Shown here: piece after piece, positions 31,443 to 39,709 of the stretch | How the letters are laid out: each line of letters starts with the position of its first letter | Numbering within the stretch: position 1 is the first letter of the stretch | Program-made: the position numbers and the translations under genes | Assembly (NCBI GenBank): GCA_028701595.1 | Contig: JAQVQL010000001.1 | Coordinates: 1 to 40,678, forward strand | Direction: 5' to 3' | DNA length: 40,678 nucleotides | From: Herbinix sp. | GTDB taxonomy: Bacteria > Bacillota > Clostridia > Lachnospirales > Lachnospiraceae | The notes under the pieces: generated by a model | Databases searched by the model: none | Seen by the model: only the letters and a program-made list of their open reading frames with translations | What the model was told of the DNA's origin: nothing

Positions 31443-32789
31443 TTGAGACATTATTTTCATGGTGGTATTCATCCGTCTGATGGCACAGATAAGCTGTTAA
31501 GTAATCAAAAACCAATACGTATATATAATCCAAAAACCGTAGAGATTTCCATGAAGCAATCACCTGGAAGCGTCTGTGAAGCTATAGTCAAGATGGGTGA
31601 TAGAGTTTCAAAGGGAGATTTAATAGGCACGCCTAAAAGTTTTGGCGGAGCAAATATCCATGCTGGTATTAGCGGGACTGTTATTGATATTAAAAAGCAT
31701 CCTGATTCCTCCTATAAGAATGTAGAGATTATAGTTATTGAGTCTGATGACTATAATGATAACAATGAGGATGCCATATACTCAGCTCGTAATTATGAGG
31801 AAAGAATTATTGATCTTTCTAAATATACCAAGGATATTATTATAGCTAAGATGAAGGATGGTGGCCTAACAGGCTTAGGTGGTGCAGGATTTCCCTCTCA
31901 TATAAAATATGAGACAAAGGAGCCGATAGAATATATCTTAATTAATGCTGCAGAATGTGAGCCTTATCTAACCTGCGACCATATGCTTATGATGGAGCAT
32001 GGATATGCTATAGTTAATGGAATTCTACTGTTTATAAAGGCCTCAGGCTCAAAGAAAGCCATTATATGCTTAGAGGATAATAAGCAGGATGTAGCTAAGG
32101 TCTTGGAAAGTATTATTGCTGATAAGGAGCTTCCCATAGAAATTAAGATTCTTCCCACCAGATATCCGCAAGGTGGAGAACGACAGCTTGTTGAAGCAGT
32201 ACTTGGTATGGAGGTACCGGCAGGAAAGCTGCCTGCTAGTATAGGAGTCATTATTAATAATGTAGGTACAGCAAAAGCTTTAGCTGATATTGTATTAGGT
32301 GATGAGCCATTAATATCTCGTGTAGTAACTGTAACGGGTAAGGTCAAAGAGCAAGGCAATTTCCTGGAGCCTATAGGCACTCGGTATAGTGAGCTTATTG
32401 AATTGGCCGGTGGATATACGACTACAAAAAGTAGGTTAATAGGTGGAGGTCCTATGACTGGTTCCGTTCTTCAAACAGGTGGTAATCATGAGGAATTAAC
32501 CGGAAGCGTTCTGAAGATCTCCTCCGGGCTTATAGTGTTGGAGGATACACCTAAAGACGAGTCCCCTTGTATTCGTTGCGGTGAATGTGAGAGAGTATGT
32601 CCCGCAGGACTTGCTCCTTTCAAAATAGATTTTGCCGCGATAGAGGATGATATCAAATTATGTGATAAGCTTTATGCAACAGAATGTATCAGTTGCGGTA
32701 GCTGTTCTTATGTATGCCCTGCAAAAAGAGAACTGGCATACCGAATAACAGAAGCCAAAACAGAAATATACAGGACTAGGTGGCAATAA
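31443..32789 (+). CDS. rnfC: RnfC/RsxC-like NADH-binding FMN/[4Fe-4S] subunit
   Basis: FHGGIHP, GLGGAGFPSHIK, NAAECEPYLTCD, YPQGGE, GGPMTG, CIRCGECERVCP, CISCGSCSYVCP. TTG 31443 follows AGGAGG. Confidence 0.93.
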   Translation: MRHYFHGGIHPSDGTDKLLSNQKPIRIYNPKTVEISMKQSPGSVCEAIVKMGDRVSKGDLIGTPKSFGGANIHAGISGTVIDIKKHPDSSYKNVEIIVIESDDYNDNNEDAIYSARNYEERIIDLSKYTKDIIIAKMKDGGLTGLGGAGFPSHIKYETKEPIEYILINAAECEPYLTCDHMLMMEHGYAIVNGILLFIKASGSKKAIICLEDNKQDVAKVLESIIADKELPIEIKILPTRYPQGGERQLVEAVLGMEVPAGKLPASIGVIINNVGTAKALADIVLGDEPLISRVVTVTGKVKEQGNFLEPIGTRYSELIELAGGYTTTKSRLIGGGPMTGSVLQTGGNHEELTGSVLKISSGLIVLEDTPKDESPCIRCGECERVCPAGLAPFKIDFAAIEDDIKLCDKLYATECISCGSCSYVCPAKRELAYRITEAKTEIYRTRWQ

Positions 32790-33766
32790 TGATGAAGTTA
32801 AAAGTAGGTAAAGAATTACATGAGGTTAGTCCACATATTGAGATTAATAGGTCAACAAAGGTTATAATGCAGGATGTCGTTATAGCTATGATGCCGGCAT
32901 TATTGGGAGCTGTTTTTTTCTTTGGAATTAATTCGCTTATTCTTGTGCTAACAGCTGTGACTACATGTGTTTTATCAGAGTATATTTGGCAGAGAAGTAG
33001 AAAGGAACAACTAACAGTAAGCGACTGGAGTGCCGTCGTAACAGGAATTCTTATAGCATTTAATGTTCCTTCAACTACTCCCATATGGGCTGTGATGGTT
33101 GCATCGATATTTGCTATAATAATTGTAAAGCAGTTTTTCGGTGGAATAGGAAGTAATTTTGCAAATCCTGCTTTAATGGGTAGGGCATTACTTATTTTTC
33201 TCTGGCCTTCGTCCATTTCAAATTATGTAACTACTTTTACTTCAGGGACAGATGCCATAAGCTCTGCGACTGTATTAGGCTTATACAAATCTGGCTCTGA
33301 TTTTTCCCAGTTCTCCAAGTGGGACATGTTTATAGGAAATATACCTGGATCTTTAGGTGAAACCAGTGCACTCCTATTACTTATAGGATTTGCTTATCTA
33401 TGTTATCGTAGAGTTGTTAATTTGGCAGCAACAGGAGCCTATATATCGACAGTTCTTTTGATAACCTTCATATTTGCAAAAGACGGACTGTTTAAGGGTG
33501 ATATACTTACAAATTTATTATCTGGTGGATTAATACTTGGAGCTTGCTTTATGATGACCGATTATGCATCTGTTGCTCCAAGGGTAAAGGTGATTTTGGC
33601 GGTTATAGCTGGACTTATTACAGCTGGAATAAGGCTATGGGGAATGCTGCCAGAGGGAGTAAGCTATGGAATTCTAATAGCCAATTGTCTATCTGGCTTA
33701 ATTGAAGCAATAATAAGACCACATATTTATGGTGTTAGACTAAAAAAACAAAAAGATAGGACTTAA
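32789..33766 (+). CDS. rnfD: RnfD/RsxD-like membrane subunit with FMN-Thr site
   Basis: SPHI, KQFFGGIGSNFANPALMGRA, DAISSAT, GSLGETS, FMMTDY, PEGVSY; TAATG coupling to rnfC. Confidence 0.93.
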   Translation: MMKLKVGKELHEVSPHIEINRSTKVIMQDVVIAMMPALLGAVFFFGINSLILVLTAVTTCVLSEYIWQRSRKEQLTVSDWSAVVTGILIAFNVPSTTPIWAVMVASIFAIIIVKQFFGGIGSNFANPALMGRALLIFLWPSSISNYVTTFTSGTDAISSATVLGLYKSGSDFSQFSKWDMFIGNIPGSLGETSALLLLIGFAYLCYRRVVNLAATGAYISTVLLITFIFAKDGLFKGDILTNLLSGGLILGACFMMTDYASVAPRVKVILAVIAGLITAGIRLWGMLPEGVSYGILIANCLSGLIEAIIRPHIYGVRLKKQKDRT

Positions 33767-33809
33767 ATCTTTAGTGATTATAAATTTTATGAAAAGAGAG
33801 GTAGATAAT

Positions 33810-34325
33810 ATGAAAGATAGCAGATTAAAAGGTATTATTGCTTTAGCGGTGGTTACAATTATAGCCTTTGGAGTAATTTATGGAAGCAAAATATTAACCA
33901 AGGATTCAAAAGATAACACAGACAATAATGAGATAGTTGAAGAACTTCCTGGTGCAATAGATGTAGCGGATGCAGAAGGAATAGTATCTGCAAGAGAGCT
34001 TACAGATGATGGCGGTGCCCTAACAGGTTATTCTGTTGTAGCTAAAGCTAAAGGCTTTGCTCCTCCTACTAGTCCAGTAACCTGGGAAGTGATTTTTGAA
34101 AGTGATGCAAAGACTATAAAGGAAGTCAAGGTTGTAAGCCATAGTGAAACACCTGGTTATGGTGCTGAGATGGAAGAGAGCAGCTATCTTGAACAGTTTA
34201 AGGGAATGGCGGGAACAGATAGCAGTGAAATTGATGGTGTTTCAGGTGCTACAGTGACTTCTGATGCGATACGTAAGCTTGTAAATAGTGCTTATGAATT
34301 TATAAGCGCACACGCAGGCAATTAA
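33810..34325 (+). CDS. rnfG: RnfG-like membrane-anchored extracytosolic FMN-binding protein
   Basis: N-terminal TM helix, HSETPGYG, DGVSGATVTS flavinylation motif. ATG 33810 follows AGAGGT. Confidence 0.85.
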   Translation: MKDSRLKGIIALAVVTIIAFGVIYGSKILTKDSKDNTDNNEIVEELPGAIDVADAEGIVSARELTDDGGALTGYSVVAKAKGFAPPTSPVTWEVIFESDAKTIKEVKVVSHSETPGYGAEMEESSYLEQFKGMAGTDSSEIDGVSGATVTSDAIRKLVNSAYEFISAHAGN

Positions 34326-34357
34326 TCAGTACTTAGAAAGAAAGAGGTAAAGGGTAT

Positions 34358-35134
34358 ATGAAGGCAAAATATCCTATTGAAGCATTTGCGCTGGCCATGG
34401 TGGTATTTTCACAGAATATGAGAAATGCATTAGTTACAGGTGTTTTTATTCTGTTTATTACCACACTTGGGCTTGTTCTTGACCGATTGTTTGGAAGTAA
34501 AATTCCAAGATGGAGCAGAAATTCATGTAATATAATACTTATGATAGCCCTTACCTATTCAATCTTTCAAATTGTAATAATAGCCGTATTGGGATATGAA
34601 GTAGAAAATACGGATTATATACTTCATATTTTCTTAGGTATATTAATAGCCAAGCATATTATAGATTCAGAGGGTAATTCGGATTATAATCGCCTCTTAC
34701 TAGAGGGTGCAGGAGCATTTGCCACACTACTAATAATTTCAATTATTAGAGAGTTCATGGCTGAGGGAGCTATCTATGGTTTTGAGATTTTTGATTTTGG
34801 ATATAAATCCTACGGATTTTCTAATGTAATCATGGGCTTTTTCTTAACCGGCATAGGAATTGCAATACTAAATCGGATTTTTAATAAGGACAAACATATC
34901 ATAAAGTCTGAAAGCTTGCTGGTTATTATTCCTGTTATATTGATTATACAGCCTTTTACGATAGACAGTATAAGCCTGTGGGCTAGTATGGCTATAACTA
35001 TAACTATAGTATTACTTTTGTTTTATTCGATTAGAAGATATCTTATGTTTTCAAGACTAAGCAAGGAAATAAAGAGCTTACCCGTTGAGATGGTTTCAAT
35101 GGGAATAATCTATATGGTACTTTCGATGTTTTGA
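34358..35134 (+). CDS. Divergent RnfE-like membrane protein with an RnfA-like C-terminal tail, lacking the Fe-S cysteines
   Basis: RnfE-like IIREFMAEGAIYG and GFFLTGIGIAILN; RnfA-like tail SIRRYL...KSLPVEMVSMGIIYMVLSMF; only one Cys in 258 aa. Confidence 0.7.
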   Translation: MKAKYPIEAFALAMVVFSQNMRNALVTGVFILFITTLGLVLDRLFGSKIPRWSRNSCNIILMIALTYSIFQIVIIAVLGYEVENTDYILHIFLGILIAKHIIDSEGNSDYNRLLLEGAGAFATLLIISIIREFMAEGAIYGFEIFDFGYKSYGFSNVIMGFFLTGIGIAILNRIFNKDKHIIKSESLLVIIPVILIIQPFTIDSISLWASMAITITIVLLLFYSIRRYLMFSRLSKEIKSLPVEMVSMGIIYMVLSMF

Positions 35135-35184
35135 TGAGCATGTTATAAAGAAAGAAAAGTCTGAATTGTAATGTAACTAAAAAT

Positions 35185-35229
35185 GGAGCAAGTGTAGCGA
35201 TGATAGTAAAATTTCAGAACACTTGCTCC
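35185..35229. repeat. Intra-operon 11-bp perfect inverted repeat
   Basis: GGAGCAAGTGT-N23-ACACTTGCTCC, with no long T-tract. Confidence 0.7.
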
Positions 35230-35252
35230 TTATTATAGTAAGGTATGAATAA

Positions 35253-35615
35253 ATGAAAAAGAATGATTTTTATTTAATAGGCGGTATAATACTATTTGTT
35301 TTTATTGGCTTTCTTTTTATGATTATATTTAGAACAGAAGGAAGCCAGGTGCTTATTACGATTGACGGAAAAGAACATAAAACTTTTAACCTTAACGAAG
35401 ATACAAGATATGAGATTTTACATGATGGAGAGCGCAATGTCCTAGAAATTAAGGATGGGTATGTGAGGATGATTGAAGCAAGCTGTCCCGATAAGCTATG
35501 CGTCAAGCATAGAGGAATTCATTATGATAACGAATCTATCACATGCCTTCCAAATAGGGTTGTTCTTCGGGTGATTGGCGGAGAGGAAAGCGACTTAGAT
35601 GCTATCGCCAATTAA
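35253..35615 (+). CDS. NusG domain II (DUF1312)-containing membrane-anchored protein, EetA-like
   Basis: MKKND + TM helix; ASCPDKLCV...ITCLPNRV. Confidence 0.9.
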   Translation: MKKNDFYLIGGIILFVFIGFLFMIIFRTEGSQVLITIDGKEHKTFNLNEDTRYEILHDGERNVLEIKDGYVRMIEASCPDKLCVKHRGIHYDNESITCLPNRVVLRVIGGEESDLDAIAN

Positions 35616-35647
35616 TATATCAAAACCTTTAGCATGAAGGAGTTACA

Positions 35648-36142
35648 ATGAAGTCTAAAAAAATTGCCTTATATGGTTTATTTATTGCACTGGCCTTTAT
35701 TTTTTCATATATAGAAAGTCTTTTTCCTATTCCTTTTCCGGTACCTGGAATAAAGCTTGGATTAGCTAATCTCGTGATCATCATAGCTATATATGGAATT
35801 GGGGTTAAGGAAGCATTTGTCCTATCCATGGTTCGAATTCTACTTGTGGGTTTTACATTTCGTGATCCTTCAACACTAATATTTAGCTTTGCAGGAGGAG
35901 TATTAAGCTGGCTTACAATGGTTATATTTAAGAAGCTTAAGCTTTTTTCAATGGTTGGGGTCAGTATTATAGGTGGAATTGCTCATAATGTAGGCCAAAT
36001 AATAGTTGCAATAATATATGTTAGTAATACCAGTCTTATATATTATCTGCCCTTCTTAATGATTGCCGGTGTAGTAAGTGGAACACTGATTGGAATTCTG
36101 GGGGCATTGATTTTACAAAGACTTGGAAAAATCAGATTATAA
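35648..36142 (+). CDS. Gx transporter family membrane protein (often annotated heptaprenyl-PP synthase component I), EetB-like
   Basis: YIESLFP, PGIKLGLAN, GVSIIGGIAHNVGQ, YYLPFL. Confidence 0.9.
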   Translation: MKSKKIALYGLFIALAFIFSYIESLFPIPFPVPGIKLGLANLVIIIAIYGIGVKEAFVLSMVRILLVGFTFRDPSTLIFSFAGGVLSWLTMVIFKKLKLFSMVGVSIIGGIAHNVGQIIVAIIYVSNTSLIYYLPFLMIAGVVSGTLIGILGALILQRLGKIRL

Positions 36143-36155
36143 AGGATGAGGATCT

Positions 36156-36737
36156 ATGGCTAAGCTATATTTTAAGTATGGTGTAATGGGTAGTTCTAAA
36201 ACAGCTCAAGCATTGATAACTAAATTTAATTATGAAGAAAGAGGAATGAATGTGTGGCTTATTAAGCCTCATATAGATAACAGAGACGGAGAGGGTGTAC
36301 TTAGGTCCAGAATTGGATTGGAGGCAAAGGCATATGAGCTAGATGCAGATGAGGATGTTTATCAAAGCTATTTGGAACTAAAGCAGAAGGTGGATGTTAT
36401 CATAATCGATGAATGTCAGTTCCTTACAGAAGCACATGTGAATCAACTTGCGATGATAGTTATAGAGTATGATATACCTGTGCTTTGCTTTGGACTTAGA
36501 ACGGATTTTCGTACAAAGATGTTTCCTGGGAGTAAAAGGCTTTTAGAGATAGCAGATTCTATTACTGAGATAAAGACCATCTGCTCCTGTGGTAAAAAGG
36601 CGACAGTCAATGTCCGAAAGGATAAGGATGGGAAAATTATCACAGAGGGTGAACAGATTGTTATCGGAGGCAATGACACTTATACTGCAATGTGTTATCA
36701 GTGCTTAATTGAGGGTATAAAAAAACAAAAGCATTAA
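36156..36737 (+). CDS. tdk: Thymidine kinase
   Basis: GVMGSSKT, IDECQFL, FGLRTDF, ICSCGKKA, YTAMC..C. Confidence 0.97.
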   Translation: MAKLYFKYGVMGSSKTAQALITKFNYEERGMNVWLIKPHIDNRDGEGVLRSRIGLEAKAYELDADEDVYQSYLELKQKVDVIIIDECQFLTEAHVNQLAMIVIEYDIPVLCFGLRTDFRTKMFPGSKRLLEIADSITEIKTICSCGKKATVNVRKDKDGKIITEGEQIVIGGNDTYTAMCYQCLIEGIKKQKH

Positions 36738-36771
36738 TAAATATTAAAATTACTAGATTTTGAGTTTTAGG

Positions 36772-36799
36772 TTGTAAATTATAGCAGATTTAGTATAAT
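36772..36799 (+). promoter_or_regulatory. Sigma-A promoter of the BMP/ABC operon
   Basis: TTGTAA, 16 nt, TATAAT. Confidence 0.55.
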
Positions 36800-36844
36800 A
36801 TATATGACGGTACAAGTTACCGAACACTATACGGAGGGATGTTT

Positions 36845-38056
36845 ATGAAGAAGATTTTAGCAATTCTTATGGTTTTAGTGTTAGCATTAGGTACTTTGAC
36901 AGCATGTGGCACTAAGGAAGACGAGAAGGATGACTTGAAGGTTGGAGATAATAAGGATGATAAAGATGACAAAGACGATGATAAGACCGCAGATGATACC
37001 TATGAAATAGGATTAATCACTGATAAGGGTAACATCGATGACAAGTCATTTAATCAGGGAGCATGGGAAGGTGTTCTTGAGTTTGCAAAAGCTAATAACG
37101 TTTCTCATCAATATTACAAGCCTGAAGAAGCATCAGATTTAGGATACCTTGCAGCTATTGAGCTTGCAATAACAGGCGGCGCGAAGGTAGTTGTTACACC
37201 TGGTTTTTTATTTGAAGTAGCCATGTATGAAGCCCAGACAAAATTCCCTGAAGTTAAGTTTATATTACTTGACGGTTCACCTCATACCGCAGATTATTCT
37301 GTATTCGAGACCAAGGAAAATGTTGCAAGCGTAATGTATGCCGAAGAAGAATCAGGTTATTTGGCTGGCTATGCTGCAGTAATGGATGGTATGAAAAAGC
37401 TTGGTTTTATGGGTGGTATGGCAGTACCTGCTGTTCAAGCCTTTGGTTATGGTTACCTACAGGGTGCAGAGGATGCTGCTAAGGAATTAGGTTTAGGAGC
37501 AGGTGAAGTCCAGGTTACCTATCATTATACAGGTAACTTTGAAGAAAATGACACAAATAAAGCAACTGCTAAGACAATGTATCAGGAAGGCACAGAGGTT
37601 ATCTTTGCCTGTGGTGGTTCTGTTGGTAAGAGCGTTATGGCAGCCGCTTCTGAAGCAGGAGCTAAGGTTATTGGCGTAGACGTTGACCAAAGATATGATA
37701 GTGAAACCGTTATTACATCTGCAACTAAGGGCTTAGGTGCTTCAGTTGTACAGGTTCTTGAATCAATCTATAAGACCGACTCTTTTGATACATTTGGCGG
37801 CAAAACAACATATTTTGATTCTACCAACGAAGGTGTAGGTCTTCCTACCTCTGTTATAGGAGATGCAAGTGCAGATGCATTTGATCGTTTCGAAAGCTTT
37901 AATGTAGATCAATATAATACAGTATTTGCTAAATTAGTTGACGGATCTGTAGATCCTATCCGTGAAATTACTGTTGAAGATGCAGGCGGAGTTGCTACAG
38001 CTGAAGAACTTTCAACTAATCTTAATCTTACAGGAGTTAAGGTTGAAGTAAGATAG
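36845..38056 (+). CDS. BMP/PnrA-family ABC substrate-binding lipoprotein, probably nucleoside-binding
   Basis: Lipobox LTAC, IDDKSFNQ.AWEG, GYLAG, IGVDVDQ, TSATK. ATG 36845 follows GGAGG. Confidence 0.93.
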   Translation: MKKILAILMVLVLALGTLTACGTKEDEKDDLKVGDNKDDKDDKDDDKTADDTYEIGLITDKGNIDDKSFNQGAWEGVLEFAKANNVSHQYYKPEEASDLGYLAAIELAITGGAKVVVTPGFLFEVAMYEAQTKFPEVKFILLDGSPHTADYSVFETKENVASVMYAEEESGYLAGYAAVMDGMKKLGFMGGMAVPAVQAFGYGYLQGAEDAAKELGLGAGEVQVTYHYTGNFEENDTNKATAKTMYQEGTEVIFACGGSVGKSVMAAASEAGAKVIGVDVDQRYDSETVITSATKGLGASVVQVLESIYKTDSFDTFGGKTTYFDSTNEGVGLPTSVIGDASADAFDRFESFNVDQYNTVFAKLVDGSVDPIREITVEDAGGVATAEELSTNLNLTGVKVEVR

Positions 38057-38127
38057 TAATATTTTCATTGCATTAAATAAAGATAATTGGCAAATAAAAC
38101 GAAGCCTTTATGCTAGCAATGACACTT

Positions 38128-38156
38128 AGGGGGAAGGCGTTTGCCTTTCCCCTTTT
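38128..38156 (+). terminator. GC-rich stem-loop after the binding-protein gene (partial terminator or mRNA stabiliser)
   Basis: AGGGGGAAGGC-GTTT-GCCTTTCCCCT-TTT. Confidence 0.7.
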
Positions 38157-38171
38157 CACGTGGAGGTCCTC

Positions 38172-39707
38172 ATGGATAAATATATAATTGAGATGCTAAA
38201 TATTACGAAGGTATTTCCTGGCATTATTGCAAACGATAATGTTACATTAAAGCTTCGCAAAGGGGAAATTCATGCGTTGTTAGGTGAGAACGGAGCCGGA
38301 AAATCCACTCTTATGAGCATATTATTTGGTCTTTATCAAGCTGAACAGGGTGAAATAAAGAAAAACGGTCAGACCGTACAAATTAACAATCCAAATGATG
38401 CCAATGCTCTTGGTATTGGTATGGTCCATCAGCATTTTAAACTGGTGGAGATATTTACTGTATTAGAAAACATTATACTTGGCGTAGAGCCAAATAAAAT
38501 GGGCTTTTTACAGAAGAATGAAGCCCGTGAAAAGATTATGAAATTAAGTGAACAATATGGGCTGAAGGTTAATCCAGATGTGTTAGTTGAGAAAATATCT
38601 GTCGGCATGCAACAAAGAGTAGAGATACTTAAAATGCTATATCGTGATAATGATATTTTAATATTTGATGAACCTACAGCAGTACTTACTCCACAGGAAA
38701 TTGATGAGCTAATGGATATAATGAGAGGATTTGCAAAAGAAGGTAAATCGATTCTCTTTATAACACATAAATTGAATGAAATAATTGCGGTAGCTGACCG
38801 CTGTACAGTTCTTCGTAAAGGGAAGTTTGTGGGGACTGTTGATATAGAGAACACCACAAAGGAAGAACTATCACATATGATGGTTGGACGCGAGGTTAGC
38901 TTTGTTGTAAATAAATCTGAGGCAGATATTAAGGAAAATGTTCTTTCTGTAAGGAATGTTTCTGTTTCATCAGAAAGTCATAAGAATCTGGCGGTTAAAG
39001 ATGTATCATTCGATGTTCATGCAGGTGAAATTGTATGTGTAGCAGGTATTGATGGTAATGGTCAGACAGAACTTGTCTCTGCTTTGACGGGACTGCAAAA
39101 GCTTGAAGGCGGACAGATAAGTCTTTGCGGAGAGGATATAACAAGAGCTTCCATAAGAAGCAGATCCAAAGCTGGAATGAGCCATATTCCTGAGGACAGA
39201 CATAAGCATGGATTGGTTATGGATTATTCCTTAGAGGATAATATTGTATTACAAAGATATTGGCAACCTGAATTCCAGAAAAAAGGATTTATAAAAAAAC
39301 GTGCTGTTAGAGATTATGCAAAGCATTTGATTGATCAATATGATGTAAGAAGTGGACAAGGACCTATAACTATTGCTCGTAGTATGTCAGGCGGAAATCA
39401 ACAAAAGGCAATTGTTGCTCGTGAAATAGATAAGGAGCATAAGCTTTTAGTTGCCGTACAGCCTACGAGAGGATTGGATGTAGGTGCCATTGAATATATA
39501 CACAAACAACTTATGGAATCAAGAGATTCAGGAAAGGCAGTTCTTCTTGTTTCACTAGAGCTAGATGAAGTAATGAACTTAAGCGATCGGATACTTGTTA
39601 TGTATGAGGGCGAGATTGTCGGTGAGCTGAATCCAAAAAATACAACAGTCCAGGAATTAGGCCTGTATATGTCGGGTGCAAAACGGGATATGAGTAAAGG
39701 AGAATAA
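38172..39707 (+). CDS. ABC transporter ATP-binding protein, CUT2/nucleoside type (two fused domains)
   Basis: GENGAGKST, GMVHQHF, DEPTAVLTPQE, MSGGNQQK, QPTRGLDVGA. Confidence 0.96.
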   Translation: MDKYIIEMLNITKVFPGIIANDNVTLKLRKGEIHALLGENGAGKSTLMSILFGLYQAEQGEIKKNGQTVQINNPNDANALGIGMVHQHFKLVEIFTVLENIILGVEPNKMGFLQKNEAREKIMKLSEQYGLKVNPDVLVEKISVGMQQRVEILKMLYRDNDILIFDEPTAVLTPQEIDELMDIMRGFAKEGKSILFITHKLNEIIAVADRCTVLRKGKFVGTVDIENTTKEELSHMMVGREVSFVVNKSEADIKENVLSVRNVSVSSESHKNLAVKDVSFDVHAGEIVCVAGIDGNGQTELVSALTGLQKLEGGQISLCGEDITRASIRSRSKAGMSHIPEDRHKHGLVMDYSLEDNIVLQRYWQPEFQKKGFIKKRAVRDYAKHLIDQYDVRSGQGPITIARSMSGGNQQKAIVAREIDKEHKLLVAVQPTRGLDVGAIEYIHKQLMESRDSGKAVLLVSLELDEVMNLSDRILVMYEGEIVGELNPKNTTVQELGLYMSGAKRDMSKGE

Positions 39708-39709
39708 GT

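Noticed and set aside
36947-36985. Short tandem repeat as CRISPR or phase-variation tract
   Set aside because: In-frame degenerate 9-nt repeats encoding a KDD linker; no spacers and no frameshift potential.
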